A DNA stretch of 64,000 nt from Bdellovibrionota bacterium (GCA_044356295.1 JBIKWN010000005.1:33403-97402), one strand, 5' to 3'. Shown: positions 41,801 through 52,413, numbered from the stretch's first letter. Program-made: numbers and translations. Notes: generated by a model from the sequence alone, not told the origin.

Positions 41801-42144
41801 TCAGACTTTTCTTAATTAGTCTTAAAGCTGGGGGTACTGGGCTTAACTTAACAGCGGCAGATACTGTCTTTATCTATGATCCATGGTGGAATCCATCGGT
41901 AGAAAGTCAGGCAGTAGACAGAGCACACAGAATTGGCCAAACCAAAGCTGTATCTGTGTACCGTTTGGTGACTGAAAATTCAGTTGAACAAAAAATTATG
42001 GCTTTAAAATCCAAGAAATCGAAAGTTGTCGATGCACTGATGAATGAACAGGGACTCTCTACAATGAAGCTTTCTAAGATGGATCTTGAAAGTTTGTTTG
42101 ATCCAATAGAGTCATTTAATGCGATGAAACTAGACAAGGAATAA
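38869..42144 (+). CDS. SWIM zinc-finger / SNF2 helicase
   Basis: CGC...WCQH SWIM motif; LADEMGLGKT, DEAQNIKN, LKAGGTGLNL and DPWWNP...QAVDRAHRIGQ. Confidence 0.93.
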   Translation: MSILELSTQLNPQDFLKSVTSRSMIDQGTALFKSGGVVEFNRTAQTVRGIVKDGEETFSVSLTMVDQNKIEAQCGCCTAEDMLEFWCQHAVALFLKANELGFFDPSGGFGSEESKIRMNMSSPTEIASVISDLNHIEITTQRPVAYHPKVQVVLNCNTDRLGVQIIFDGEIQLPRVFDAGPISSRALDTILLKVLEEYGTWDEAEQLWYVNSSRGIETALGIIQEYDRISLIGDKKTKLAFPQELLEALLIIDWKEGSAEIAMEWVLPDGSHVARVGELIGTGPFWTLIGSDLLRLSPAAAKVCSVFPYNRSITVPRTQVGPILEEIRTGVFNSNFVSIRNEKFQPDSEVKQPIPKLLVSVKDNRAEHFASSERLSVDAVLEFSYPQAPKNKNVVFLPDRAKEQEYIETLKSIGFVQHLTAGKFTIHEDDALDFISKVDELISEPWVISGVEILKERIRFAELTLSVSVQESKGAEYKKGSQYWFDAHISLTQNNANLPISTLFKTTKTGASERWVRLDSGAYARVPMGSLHQLRTTLGMIDPSYKLSNAIKAKLGTAQAVSLGRLSDAAVKVKLDKKLTDLQTKLIEFKSIDPIKVSKNFQGKLRSYQDEGFRWINFLDDFELGGILADEMGLGKTVQTLAFLQHLKTKRAAESKGSAKNKKGKPTLIVAPTSVITNWCYEIKRFTPDLSYLLLQGPQRKALFKEISNHDVIITSYALLRLDKPELEKHQFEYFIIDEAQNIKNPSASVTKAAKSIRARGRLALTGTPTENRPLELWSIIDFVMPGYLGSEEFFKANIERPILESEAAASVTKFLNSKTRPFILRRTKAEVEKDLPPKIESVVHVEMASSQAQLYAQVLEEVRPKVMDAIEKKGVGGASISILAALLRLRQICNHPNSIEALKDIQGFESGKFNLLKDLVIDALENGRKMLVFSQFREMLSIMRRWLEEEKVNHLYLDGTTKDRQSLIDQFNTDSNVRLFLISLKAGGTGLNLTAADTVFIYDPWWNPSVESQAVDRAHRIGQTKAVSVYRLVTENSVEQKIMALKSKKSKVVDALMNEQGLSTMKLSKMDLESLFDPIESFNAMKLDKE

Positions 42145-42150
42145 TTTTTT

Positions 42151-42573
42151 ATGACTAAGCCGCGCTCGAAGATTCGAAACGTCGCTAAAGAACATAAAGA
42201 GAGCATTTCTAAGCTTGATAAAATTGCAGTTGCTGTTACACGCAGAGTTGGAACAATGACTTTTTTCCTTTCTATTTTGATATGGACGGTTATCTGGCTT
42301 TCTTGGAACCTTTTGGCCCCTCAAGATTTAAAGTTTGATCCGCCCATGAGCTTTACTTTCTGGCTTTTCTTATCGAATTTAATCCAGATTTTATTGATGC
42401 CACTTATTATGCTTGGTCAAAACCTTCAAGGTGCTCATGCAGAGAGGCGTTCTGAAAATGATTTTGAAGTTAACGTGAAAGCTGAAGAGGAGATTCAAGA
42501 GATTTTAGTTGAGCTAAAAGAGTTGAAACAGATGATTCGGTTGTTATCTGAAAAGGTTAATGGAAAAGATTAA
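42151..42573 (+). CDS. DUF1003-family membrane protein
   Basis: VGTMTFF, FDPP and PLIMLGQN. Confidence 0.8.
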   Translation: MTKPRSKIRNVAKEHKESISKLDKIAVAVTRRVGTMTFFLSILIWTVIWLSWNLLAPQDLKFDPPMSFTFWLFLSNLIQILLMPLIMLGQNLQGAHAERRSENDFEVNVKAEEEIQEILVELKELKQMIRLLSEKVNGKD

Positions 42574-42590
42574 ATTAAAGTCTAAAACTT

Positions 42591-45116
42591 ATGCCAGATC
42601 CAGAGCAAGAAAATGAAGCACTTCCTAAGCTAGATAAAGTTGAAATTTCTGGTGAGGGAACACAACAGGCGCGTGATGCGGCTAAGAGTCTCGTGGAAAA
42701 AGATTCTAAAGACGCACCTAATGGAAATGAAACCTCGACAGATATTGTTGATAAAGCTCGTCAAATGGTTCAAGGTGCCACGGTAGGTGATGGAGCTTTT
42801 AATCCAGTAACATCTACTCCTTCTCCTCCTATAAACAATCAAGTAGATGAGTTAAATAAAATTACTGTTCAAACACAAGAAGCTCCAAATATTGCAAAGG
42901 CAGATCCTATTCTTAAACCTGCTGAAGATAACACAGAGATTAATAAACAACATGAACGTACCGAACAAGCAAATAAAGCTGTCGAGACACCACCAGCCCC
43001 TCAAGCTAGTGTAGGTGTGTCCACTCCATTAGCAGAGAGCCCACCTGCCCAAAAAATTGAACAAATAAAAGAACGAGTATCCGCAGCTGAGAATATCTAC
43101 ACAGGTAATGTCGTTGAAAAAGGAGAAAGCGCGCCTATAACTGTCACTGGAATGAAGGTTTCTGAGGCAAAAACAGTGCATACAGAAGGCGGCGGGGGCA
43201 GTGGAGGATCGGATAAACCACCAGAAGCATTTATTACAAAGCAAACTAAACCCGATCCAGACACGTATAAGGAAGGTTCTCAAAAAATATCAGATCCCTC
43301 TGTTAAAGAGTCGCATACGCCATTACCACCAACTTCTGCGACAAGCTCTCCTCTGGGTGCGGCAACAGGAAGCGTTGGAGAAAAAGCCTCCCAAGTATCA
43401 GAACCGGTAAAAAATTCTATAACTGAGCCTAAACATCCTGTTGAACCATATCAGCAACAGACCCAAGCGCTTAAATCAGATCAACCAGAAAGAATTCCTG
43501 AACCTATTTCAAAACCAATTGCTAATCCAGATGTACCAAAACAACCTGTAATAGTTGAACCCATTACAAAAAGTGCTCCGATTGAAGCTAGCACTCCTAC
43601 ACCAACACCCCAGCATTCAAAGTCGAATGATGATACTCCCCGCCCCATACAAAATGATAAATCCATACCGATACAAAAAGACGTAACACCTACTCAAGAG
43701 CCAAAAATTATAGATGGAGGTCTTAGCCTAGAGTCTGTTCGTCAACGTTTGCTTGAGCAAAAGCTTCAAGATGTAAAAGAAAACATTGCCCGCCCAATCG
43801 TTGAACAACGTTTAGAAAAGCAAGAATCGAAACCGATTGAGCCAAGAATTAATACTGACAGAAATGAAAAAGTAAAAACTCCCTCTGAATCTTCAGAAAA
43901 CTCAACTCAGCAACGAAGAAATGTTGAAACGCAGAATACAAAACAAATTATAGAAGCGACTGCCACAAATAATTTTGTTGAAGTTGCAAAAACGATGACA
44001 AAAGGCGAGCTTGTTAAAACAATAACTGAGGCGATAAAAACTGCTATTTCCGAAGGTAAAATTACAAAATTATCAGAAATTGTTAAAGCCGCCATCATCG
44101 ATCCGACTGTTCGTGAAGCAGTAAAAACAGTTCTGCAAAGTTCATCAGGAGGCTCAGGCAGTGGAAAACCTGGTCAAGTTGAATTAGCTAAAGTGAAAGC
44201 TACTGATATAGAAAAAATAAAGCTTCCTCTGGATCAAGCAAAATCCATTGATGCTATTACACAACCAGTAACGACTAAACAAGAAGCTATGCAGGTACTT
44301 CTTGGACTGGTAGTCGATGCAAGCAAGTTACAAAATCCTGTCGTACAGGCTGTGCAAGCAGAGACTGTAAGCAAACTACAAACGATTCAAAGCTCGATTG
44401 ATGAACTTCTCAAGTTACGAGTAGAGCAATTTGTAGCATTAAGTTCTAAAGCCCATGGCGTAGATGGAGCAACACTAAAAATGCTTTGCAATGAAGCACT
44501 TCAAGAACTAGCCACACGGTATGGATTGACCGACGAGCAGCGAGCAATGCTTTCAAGAATTATGGTGCAGCTGCATGAAACCGACTTTACGACGGACCAA
44601 GATCCGTCTAAGCAAAAAGCAACTGATCCAAATGAACTCGAAAAACAGAATCAAAAAGATCTAAAACAACCTGAAGCTAAAGTTTTATCAAAACAAGAAT
44701 TGGAAAAACTTTTCCAAGAAGAACTTGTTCAATTAGAGGAGTTCTTGAAAGAGCGTGATGAAGTTAAATTAAAACGTGCTCAGGAAAAATTAGAAGCACT
44801 ACTTCAAGAAGTGACTGAAGATGGCATGAACTTTGTTATTGATGAAGATTTTGAAGTCATTAAAACGTATTCTATTGAAGGCATCGTTGTTGAGGAATTT
44901 TCAGGTACGCCAATTGCGTATACACAGATATATGCAGGGTTACTTGGTAAAATTACAACTGATATCGACGGGAAATTCGCCTTCTATAATATTCCTCAGG
45001 ATACTGCCTTTATGATTGGTGCAGATAAGATTGGATATCACTTTAAGCCTGAATTGGTAACAGGTACGCTACAATCATCAGCACAGATTAGATTTATTGG
45101 TATGGCAATTAATTAG
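42591..45116 (+). CDS. Low-complexity Pro/Thr/Glu/Lys-rich protein with C-terminal carboxypeptidase-regulatory-like beta domain
   Basis: Long disordered N-terminal half; C-terminal YSIEGIV...TTDIDGKFAF...KIGYHFKP. Confidence 0.55.
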   Translation: MPDPEQENEALPKLDKVEISGEGTQQARDAAKSLVEKDSKDAPNGNETSTDIVDKARQMVQGATVGDGAFNPVTSTPSPPINNQVDELNKITVQTQEAPNIAKADPILKPAEDNTEINKQHERTEQANKAVETPPAPQASVGVSTPLAESPPAQKIEQIKERVSAAENIYTGNVVEKGESAPITVTGMKVSEAKTVHTEGGGGSGGSDKPPEAFITKQTKPDPDTYKEGSQKISDPSVKESHTPLPPTSATSSPLGAATGSVGEKASQVSEPVKNSITEPKHPVEPYQQQTQALKSDQPERIPEPISKPIANPDVPKQPVIVEPITKSAPIEASTPTPTPQHSKSNDDTPRPIQNDKSIPIQKDVTPTQEPKIIDGGLSLESVRQRLLEQKLQDVKENIARPIVEQRLEKQESKPIEPRINTDRNEKVKTPSESSENSTQQRRNVETQNTKQIIEATATNNFVEVAKTMTKGELVKTITEAIKTAISEGKITKLSEIVKAAIIDPTVREAVKTVLQSSSGGSGSGKPGQVELAKVKATDIEKIKLPLDQAKSIDAITQPVTTKQEAMQVLLGLVVDASKLQNPVVQAVQAETVSKLQTIQSSIDELLKLRVEQFVALSSKAHGVDGATLKMLCNEALQELATRYGLTDEQRAMLSRIMVQLHETDFTTDQDPSKQKATDPNELEKQNQKDLKQPEAKVLSKQELEKLFQEELVQLEEFLKERDEVKLKRAQEKLEALLQEVTEDGMNFVIDEDFEVIKTYSIEGIVVEEFSGTPIAYTQIYAGLLGKITTDIDGKFAFYNIPQDTAFMIGADKIGYHFKPELVTGTLQSSAQIRFIGMAIN

Positions 45117-45120
45117 GGAT

Positions 45121-46182
45121 CTATTTATTGAAAATATTGTTTTCAATAAGTTTTTCAGCTACCGCTTTCGTATTCGTTTCTCTGCCTAATCCTTTTGTAA
45201 AATGCCTTGAATCATGCATTAAGCCAGGTTTTTGCACAGCTTCAACGGAATTCATATCAATAAACCGAGCTCCACGTTTTTGAATTTCCTTACCAAGCTT
45301 CTCTGAGTAATGTCCAACGGAACTTTTTATTAAAGTCATTGAAGTATTTGAACTGCTGAGTAAAAAAGTAAGTGGATAATCTTTATTGAATGAAAGCATT
45401 TCAGGTAGAAAAGAATAGTCAAATTTCTTTAAGAATTCTGCATCATTGGAAGGTTGATACAGGATTCTGTCATTTCGTTCTTTATCATCTGCTTGACCAC
45501 CTCGAAATGCACTGCCTTTATACACTGCTCCGAATAGAGTCGATAGTGTGTCACCAGTCATTTTTCTGAATTTTCGAGACGTCAGACTTTTTTGAATTCC
45601 CATTAACTTTAGATTTGCTAACACTGCTTTACTTATTAAATATCTTTTAATAAGAAATCTTTGTGAGTAAAGATATGGAAATCCTGAAGCAAAATAATAT
45701 CCGTTTGTTCCAATTTTTGATCTAAAAATTGGTTCAGACTGCAACATATTCTCTCTAAATTGCCGTTCGCTATTTCCTGTTGTCGTTGTATTTGCTTCAG
45801 GACGTAAGTAATAGTCTTCATAGTCAAAGAAAACTACCGGAGTCCCTTTTTTAGCTGAAGTCGCAATCTGATTCTTTAGAACTAAATAATGCCAAGCGGT
45901 GTGTAGTCCTCCTGCAATAATAAATGTCGCTTTGATTGGCCTCCCATATGCTTTTGATAAATGGTTTTCGAAGCTCTTCTTGACGATGTTGCTTGCTAAC
46001 ATTGAATTACCAACGCATATGATATCCGGCCGTTCGCGTTGAATCTGATGTTTATATCGAGGATTAAATTTTATTGGCTTAAAGTTGCTCTCTGCCCAGA
46101 ATTCTAATTTATAAATAAACAGACCAAGCAGTAGCACCAAGCAAAATGAAAATAGTATGGTGGGTGAGATTTTTTTTATCAC
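45121..46182 (-). CDS. Membrane-anchored SGNH-like acyltransferase partner
   Basis: N-terminal TM segment, VGNSM and DSRH (DxxH); downstream of an MBOAT gene. Confidence 0.65.
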   Translation of the reverse strand: MIKKISPTILFSFCLVLLLGLFIYKLEFWAESNFKPIKFNPRYKHQIQRERPDIICVGNSMLASNIVKKSFENHLSKAYGRPIKATFIIAGGLHTAWHYLVLKNQIATSAKKGTPVVFFDYEDYYLRPEANTTTTGNSERQFRENMLQSEPIFRSKIGTNGYYFASGFPYLYSQRFLIKRYLISKAVLANLKLMGIQKSLTSRKFRKMTGDTLSTLFGAVYKGSAFRGGQADDKERNDRILYQPSNDAEFLKKFDYSFLPEMLSFNKDYPLTFLLSSSNTSMTLIKSSVGHYSEKLGKEIQKRGARFIDMNSVEAVQKPGLMHDSRHFTKGLGRETNTKAVAEKLIENNIFNK

Positions 46183-46188
46183 GGCAGG

Positions 46189-47580
46189 TTAAAATTGAAA
46201 GTAATAAAAATCAGCACTTTGTTCAGCAGAAAATAGCATTATAAGAAGTATTGCAAAGCTATAGCCTAAAATCCTGGAAGGAAGAGCGTATCGTTTTATC
46301 GCTTCATTAACAGTAGGCCATGACATGGCAATTCGCATTCCAATAAGGGGAAGAGAAAAAATAAGAAAAACAGAAAGGGTGGCATAGATAGCCCAAAGGT
46401 AAATTGTGTTCGTAGCAATCAGTGGCTGTTGTATGTACCCGTAAAAAAGATGTAATTCTTTTGTTCTAAACAATATCCAGCCACAAACAATCCAAAAAAA
46501 CATAATAGGAAGTCTCAAGATGAAACTTAATTTTGAGTCAGGAATAATTGTTATAAATCGATATAAAATAAGCAGAATCCCCCAGTACAGACCCCATGCG
46601 ATAAAATTCCAACCGGCTCCATGCCATAATCCACATAAAATCCAAGTAAATACAATATTTCCTATCCATCGAAGCGTAGTGACTTTTGAGCCACCAAGAG
46701 GGAAATAAATATAATCTCTAATACAATTTGAAAGACTCATATGCCATCTTTTCCAGAACTCACTAGGGCTTGTTGCAAGATAAGGACGATCGAAATTTTC
46801 AATGAGTTCAAAACCTAAAAGTTTAGAACATCCTCTTGCAATATCAGTATATGATGAAAAGTCAGCTAAAATTTGAATACTAAAACCAATACCACCTACA
46901 AAAAGCATGAGCATTGAAGGCGACTTCAGATCAAAAATCATATTGACGTAAACAGCGACGTTGTCAGCAATCACAAGTTTTTTGACATAACCAATAAGTA
47001 ATAGGTCAATACCTTGTACCACTTGAGCCCATGAATAGGATCTTCTTTGATTTACCTGAGTAAGCAGGTTTGAAGCACGCGAGATTGGGCCTGCTACTAG
47101 CTGAGGGAAGAAAGCCATAAACAAAGCAAAATCTACGAAGTTATGCTCGGCTTTAAACTCTTTTTTATAAACGTCAATTGTATAGGCTAGAGCATGGAAT
47201 GTGAAAAATGAAACGCCTGCTGGTAATAAAATAGATAGATGTACTGGTAAAGATGGGAAAAAAATCTTTAGATTATCCAGTACAAAATTTGTGTATTTAA
47301 ACCACGAAAGAATAGTAAGTGAGACAACGGTGCAAAGAATCAGCAGTTGTTTTGAACCGCGGGCATTTCCTTCTGCGTTCAGGCGTTCTATCCACTGTGC
47401 AGTATAAAAATGAAGTACTGTTACGCCGAGCATTAAAAATGCTGTCCATGGCACTGCCCATCCATAAAATAAGTAACTCGCTCCGAGAAGCAAAACGTTT
47501 TGTTGCCGGTGCTTAAGCATCCAATAACAAATGACAACAATCGGCAGAAAAATAAAGAAAGGTATATCAGTAAAAAACAT
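46189..47580 (-). CDS. MBOAT O-acyltransferase (AlgI/PatA/DltB family)
   Basis: LPAGVSFFTF, FFPQLVAGPI, DFSSYTDIA, FWKRWHMSLS, GLWHGAGWNF and FYYFQF. Confidence 0.93.
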   Translation of the reverse strand: MFFTDIPFFIFLPIVVICYWMLKHRQQNVLLLGASYLFYGWAVPWTAFLMLGVTVLHFYTAQWIERLNAEGNARGSKQLLILCTVVSLTILSWFKYTNFVLDNLKIFFPSLPVHLSILLPAGVSFFTFHALAYTIDVYKKEFKAEHNFVDFALFMAFFPQLVAGPISRASNLLTQVNQRRSYSWAQVVQGIDLLLIGYVKKLVIADNVAVYVNMIFDLKSPSMLMLFVGGIGFSIQILADFSSYTDIARGCSKLLGFELIENFDRPYLATSPSEFWKRWHMSLSNCIRDYIYFPLGGSKVTTLRWIGNIVFTWILCGLWHGAGWNFIAWGLYWGILLILYRFITIIPDSKLSFILRLPIMFFWIVCGWILFRTKELHLFYGYIQQPLIATNTIYLWAIYATLSVFLIFSLPLIGMRIAMSWPTVNEAIKRYALPSRILGYSFAILLIMLFSAEQSADFYYFQF

Positions 47581-47601
47581 TCTCTTGAATAGATATTCAG
47601 A

Positions 47602-50600
47602 TTATTCAACTATCACAAAATCACGAAATTGTCCTGCTATAACAGCCAGATGTGCTACAGATGGGGCAATATTAGTAAGCTCATTAATTGATAGGATTAA
47701 AGAATCGTACGAAGGAGAGCGTTCGACAAGCTCCTTTAATTTTTCAGGGGTTGTTATTTTCTTTTGTGCTGCAATTCCTGCCAGTTTCATAAGAGATGCA
47801 TCAATATCAGCGAGCGAGCTCCTTCTAAGAGCATGTTCCCATCGATTAGTTGCAACAATTTTACGTTTTACATGGGCTTGACCAGCTAATCCAAGGAGTT
47901 TCTTTAACTCTTCAACATTTTGGTAAGCAAGATTCACTGGAATGTTCTCTCGTAGGCTTAACGCATACAGATCCAGAGTTTGAGTTGCTTTTGACATAGT
48001 ATTCAGACGCTTAAAGACCTGCGTATCAAGTATAGCTAATGCTTGATCGTCTAGCTCTGAACTACTGTTTATCTCTGCTGCATAGATTGTCTCAAGTGCA
48101 TCAAAATACTGTTTGCCAAATTTGCTGACAGTAACATCAAGTTTCTCATAAGAATCGGGACGATACGCAAACCAACTTGCAATGCTTCTAAGGGAACTTT
48201 CAAATTGACTGCGAACCTTAATATATGATTGACACGATGAAGGAATATCTAGCTTTTGTAGTTCAATGATTACTTTTGGTGCATCAAAGACGATTAAAGC
48301 AGATAGGGCAGCATTGAGTACGACATCTGCACTAAAATTCCCACTATTCATTAATCGATGGAAGAAGCTAATACCCAATATATCGACGAGATAGTTCGTT
48401 GCTTGCGTAGCAATAATTGTATCACGAAGAGGATGGTTTTTAATTTCATTAATAAAGCGAGTTCGAAGTGCCTCAGGAAAGTAGTCGATTAGAAATTTTT
48501 CTAAACTATTACTTTTTAAAGCAGATGATTTTAACACCAGACTTTTAACCCACATTTTTGCAGAAGCGATGCATATCGCCAGCTCAGGTCTAAAAAACCC
48601 TTGTTTATTCGTAAGGCGACGATAGATTTCATCATCCTGAGGTAGTGAATCAAGTGTGCGATTTAAATACCCTTGAGTCTGTAAGAATGAGATAAATCCT
48701 TTAAAAAACTCATGTTGCACAACGGATCGCTCTGAGCTCACAGTGAGGCGATATGCATGTGCACGATTTGTAACAAGCACTTGGTCGCATACTTCATGTG
48801 CCATTTGTTTTAAAAGAATATTTCTCTCTTCACGGGTAATTTTTCCTGATGCCATAAGTCCTGAAAATAGAATTTTCAGATTAACTTCACGATCCGAAAG
48901 CCCAACACCACCAGAGTTATCTATTGCGTCTGTATTGAGTCGACCACCCAGTGCGGAAAATTCGATTCTCGCTTTTTGGGTTAGCCCAAGGTTTCCACCC
49001 TCACCTATGATTCTACAACGAAGTTCATGAGCGCTCACGCGAACTCGGTCATTTGCGGTATCATTTACTTGGGTATGTGTTTCAGTCGAAGATTTAATGT
49101 AGGTACCGATTCCACCATTCCAAAGTAAGTCCACAGGAGCTTTAAGGATTGCTTGAATAACTTCTTCACCTGAAAAAAACTTTTGATCAGATTCAATGCC
49201 AAGAGCAGATCGTGCAGCCGCAGAAAGTTCAATTTCTTTATCTGCGCGATTATAAATTCCACCACCATTACTGATGAGCGCTTTATTATAATCTAACCAT
49301 TGCAGTGAAGGATTATCGAAAAGCCTTTTCCGTTCTGCAAAAGATTTTTTTGAATCAGGAGTAGGATCAATAAAAATATGTTTGTGATTAAATGCTGCAA
49401 TCAGTTGAAGATTATCGTTCAAGATTAATCCGTTACCGAATACATCTCCTGCCATATCCCCGATACCAACAGCAGTAAAATTCTGCTGAAGATAATCAAT
49501 TCCTAGATCATTAAAATGTCTTAGGACGCACTCCCATCCACCCCGAGCAGTGATTCCATATATTTTATGGTCATATCCATTCGAGCCACCTGAGGCAAAT
49601 GCATCATCAAGCCAAAATTTTGCTTCATCGATTGCTATTGCGTTAGCAGTATCACTGAAGGTAGCCGTTCCCTTATCAGCAGCGACTACAAAGTATGGAT
49701 CGTCTCCATCTTTCCTAACTACAAGCTGAGGTGGAATTACTTTTTCATTTGAGCGGTTATCAGCAAGACTTAGTAATGCTCTAATAAATTCTTTATAACT
49801 ATCCTTAACAGTTGAAGGAATTGCAGAAGGACTCGAAGGGAGATTACGAACAATAAATCCGCCTTTAGCACCTTCTGGAACAATGAATACGTTTTTGACT
49901 TTCTGTGTCTTCACAAGCCCAAGCACTTCAGTTCTAAAGTCGTCAGGACGCTCACTCCAACGAAGCCCACCTCGTGAGACAGGACCCGTTCTTAAATGTA
50001 CCCCTTCAATTGTAAAACTATGGACAAAGATCTCTCTCCACGGGCGAGGTTCGGGAACAAAATCAAGAGTAGTCGGATCGATTTTATGCGCAAGTGTTTC
50101 TGTTGGTTGGTAGTAATTAGTTCTTAGTGTTGCTGCGACTAATTTCCCCAGTGCTCGCAGCGTTCTATCCTTTGAGATATCTTTCTCTTTTCTAATCTCA
50201 TCTTCATAGGCAGCAAAGCGGATTTTTTCAGCAGCTTTTCGATCTTCTAAAAATTGAGGATTAAATCTAGCTTCAAAATACTGCCATAGTAATTGACACG
50301 CTTTTGGATTAGATGAAAGTGCTTCCCTAATCTGATGTTTTCTGGGGAAAATATTAAATTGCCAAAGGTGGCTTGTATAAGAACGAAGCATAAGAATCTG
50401 TCTATTATGGAGTCCAGCAGAAACCATTAAAGACGTAAGAACATCATTTTCTGCATTTCCTTTTAGAATTTCTTCTAGACCAATACAAACATGAGCTCCA
50501 AGATTCTCTGCGTTTAGTTCAATATCTGTAAGTGATGAACAAATTTCGAAGCGATGGATAGAGACTTTTCCTATATCTGGCAACGTTACGTTAGTTGATC

Positions 50601-52314
50601 GATCCTTAATAACAGAGAATCCTGCATGTTCAAGGACAGGGAGTAGGGAACTTAAAGTCCGCTCACTTTCAAGGGTATAAATATCAATTCTTGTCGTACC
50701 GTTCGTAAAAACAGGTCTGACACAAACAGCATGAGAAGGATTAAGCGTTTGGAATACTTGGCTATCAACGATTGCTTGTTGAGGCGAATGAGTTGCTCGG
50801 TAATTATCAGAAAATGATGGAAGGTGACGAAGGACTGCTTGTCGATCTTTTACATCGGTCAGTAATTTTATAACTTGAGAATCAAACGATTCTGTAATCG
50901 CGCGTATTTGTTGATTGAGGGTTTTACTGTCGAATTCTTGTTCGGAAATACTGGCAAAAGAAATATGGTAATAGAGTCGTGCTAATCCATGTGCTGATGT
51001 ATCAATATATGATTCACTGTCGCTTGGAGTTATTTGAAAAAAAGTTTGCAAGCATGCTTCTATCTCAACACGTGTAGCTTCGCTGTACCATTCTAAAGGA
51101 AGGAGTACTACGACAGAAGCACCACGTTTTGAGGCATCAAGACGAATTGAAACTTGTGAATCACTTCTGGTATAGACATCAATGGTTTGTTCAACGATAT
51201 CTCGAAGACCATCGCGGTTAAGCCGAATAGCTTCTTCCTTCGGCATTCGATTAATCGTATCAGTAATAAATTTGAAATCATGACTACCAGATACAAGATC
51301 ATCAGACTCTAAAAGGGACCTAAGTTTTGCACGTATCAAAGGAATAGATTGACCTTCTTGAGATGATGCCTTTGAAGAGAAAATACCAACAATGGAAAGT
51401 ACTGATGTAATCGAACCAGCATCGTTTAAACCAGCTATGAACAGATGAGAAAGTCTTACACGGCGATGAACAGGTGAGAGCTCTGAAAGCTTAGAAAGCC
51501 ATAAAGGTTCATTAAGTCCTTTGAAGAGTTCGATATCTTCATGACATTCTTTGAGGATATTTTTAGATAACACTTCCTGTTGAGCAAATAATCCTAGCTG
51601 ATTTTTTGCTAGCGAAAGTTTGCCCGAGCCATCAGTAGTATGCTCAACGGTTCCAAGGAAAATAAATGATTCATCTAAAATCCAATCAATAAACTGCTTA
51701 ATTTCTTGGTTATCAGAAGAGATAAACTTTTCGATGAAATTTTTCTGACCTGTAAATCCGCGATAACGTTCAATGACGATTTTCATTGCTGAGAAATCTT
51801 CAGAAGCAGCGATACAGCAATTGAGTAAAGTATTAATTTCTTTCTGAAATTTTATTAAATCTTCCTCTTGTGCATCGGGCAAGTAAAGATAACTTAAAGA
51901 AAAAGTAGTTCCCTGAACAGAAAAAATTGGGTGAAGAAGCCCATGAATGGTCAGTCCAAATGACTTACCAGCTTCAATAAGAGTACTGACAATAAAAGGT
52001 CGATCTTTGAGTGCAACAATAATTCCTGAAGTTTCAGAAGAAATTCGAGAAACCACTGTAGTAGGATTTCTATGTGCCTCTTCAAGGATTTGTAAGCCTT
52101 CTTCGGTAAGCGATGCAAGCTGTTCTGTCGTTAAGGTTTCAATGAGTGTTGCAGGAGCTCGACCAAGTAATTTCTCTGAGAAGGTACCAATATCAAGGAG
52201 CCTCGGAGAAGACTTTGTAATTTTTTTTGTAAGATAATTTTTTAAATCAATTAAGCGAGAAAGAAGATATTTTTTCTGAGTTTTTGAGCCTTGCTGAACT
52301 GACGATTCCGACAT
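47602..52314 (-). CDS. gdhB: Large NAD-specific glutamate dehydrogenase
   Basis: 1570 aa; GVHLR..RGGLRWS, GAKGGF, DDPYFVVAADKGTATFSD, GDMAGDVFGNG and NTDAIDNSGGV. Confidence 0.95.
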   Translation of the reverse strand: MSESSVQQGSKTQKKYLLSRLIDLKNYLTKKITKSSPRLLDIGTFSEKLLGRAPATLIETLTTEQLASLTEEGLQILEEAHRNPTTVVSRISSETSGIIVALKDRPFIVSTLIEAGKSFGLTIHGLLHPIFSVQGTTFSLSYLYLPDAQEEDLIKFQKEINTLLNCCIAASEDFSAMKIVIERYRGFTGQKNFIEKFISSDNQEIKQFIDWILDESFIFLGTVEHTTDGSGKLSLAKNQLGLFAQQEVLSKNILKECHEDIELFKGLNEPLWLSKLSELSPVHRRVRLSHLFIAGLNDAGSITSVLSIVGIFSSKASSQEGQSIPLIRAKLRSLLESDDLVSGSHDFKFITDTINRMPKEEAIRLNRDGLRDIVEQTIDVYTRSDSQVSIRLDASKRGASVVVLLPLEWYSEATRVEIEACLQTFFQITPSDSESYIDTSAHGLARLYYHISFASISEQEFDSKTLNQQIRAITESFDSQVIKLLTDVKDRQAVLRHLPSFSDNYRATHSPQQAIVDSQVFQTLNPSHAVCVRPVFTNGTTRIDIYTLESERTLSSLLPVLEHAGFSVIKDRSTNVTLPDIGKVSIHRFEICSSLTDIELNAENLGAHVCIGLEEILKGNAENDVLTSLMVSAGLHNRQILMLRSYTSHLWQFNIFPRKHQIREALSSNPKACQLLWQYFEARFNPQFLEDRKAAEKIRFAAYEDEIRKEKDISKDRTLRALGKLVAATLRTNYYQPTETLAHKIDPTTLDFVPEPRPWREIFVHSFTIEGVHLRTGPVSRGGLRWSERPDDFRTEVLGLVKTQKVKNVFIVPEGAKGGFIVRNLPSSPSAIPSTVKDSYKEFIRALLSLADNRSNEKVIPPQLVVRKDGDDPYFVVAADKGTATFSDTANAIAIDEAKFWLDDAFASGGSNGYDHKIYGITARGGWECVLRHFNDLGIDYLQQNFTAVGIGDMAGDVFGNGLILNDNLQLIAAFNHKHIFIDPTPDSKKSFAERKRLFDNPSLQWLDYNKALISNGGGIYNRADKEIELSAAARSALGIESDQKFFSGEEVIQAILKAPVDLLWNGGIGTYIKSSTETHTQVNDTANDRVRVSAHELRCRIIGEGGNLGLTQKARIEFSALGGRLNTDAIDNSGGVGLSDREVNLKILFSGLMASGKITREERNILLKQMAHEVCDQVLVTNRAHAYRLTVSSERSVVQHEFFKGFISFLQTQGYLNRTLDSLPQDDEIYRRLTNKQGFFRPELAICIASAKMWVKSLVLKSSALKSNSLEKFLIDYFPEALRTRFINEIKNHPLRDTIIATQATNYLVDILGISFFHRLMNSGNFSADVVLNAALSALIVFDAPKVIIELQKLDIPSSCQSYIKVRSQFESSLRSIASWFAYRPDSYEKLDVTVSKFGKQYFDALETIYAAEINSSSELDDQALAILDTQVFKRLNTMSKATQTLDLYALSLRENIPVNLAYQNVEELKKLLGLAGQAHVKRKIVATNRWEHALRRSSLADIDASLMKLAGIAAQKKITTPEKLKELVERSPSYDSLILSINELTNIAPSVAHLAVIAGQFRDFVIVE

Positions 52315-52413
52315 AAGAGACTACCTTCCAAGCCAACTAAATAAGTTGGGTGGTATTATCCTGTACTTACACAAGATTTAAAAGGGGAGCCTTTATTTTA
52401 GTAAAAATACTAA

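Noticed and set aside
45121..47580. dlt (D-alanylation) operon
   Set aside because: No dltA or dltC adjacent; an MBOAT+SGNH pair fits ordinary polysaccharide or peptidoglycan O-acylation.
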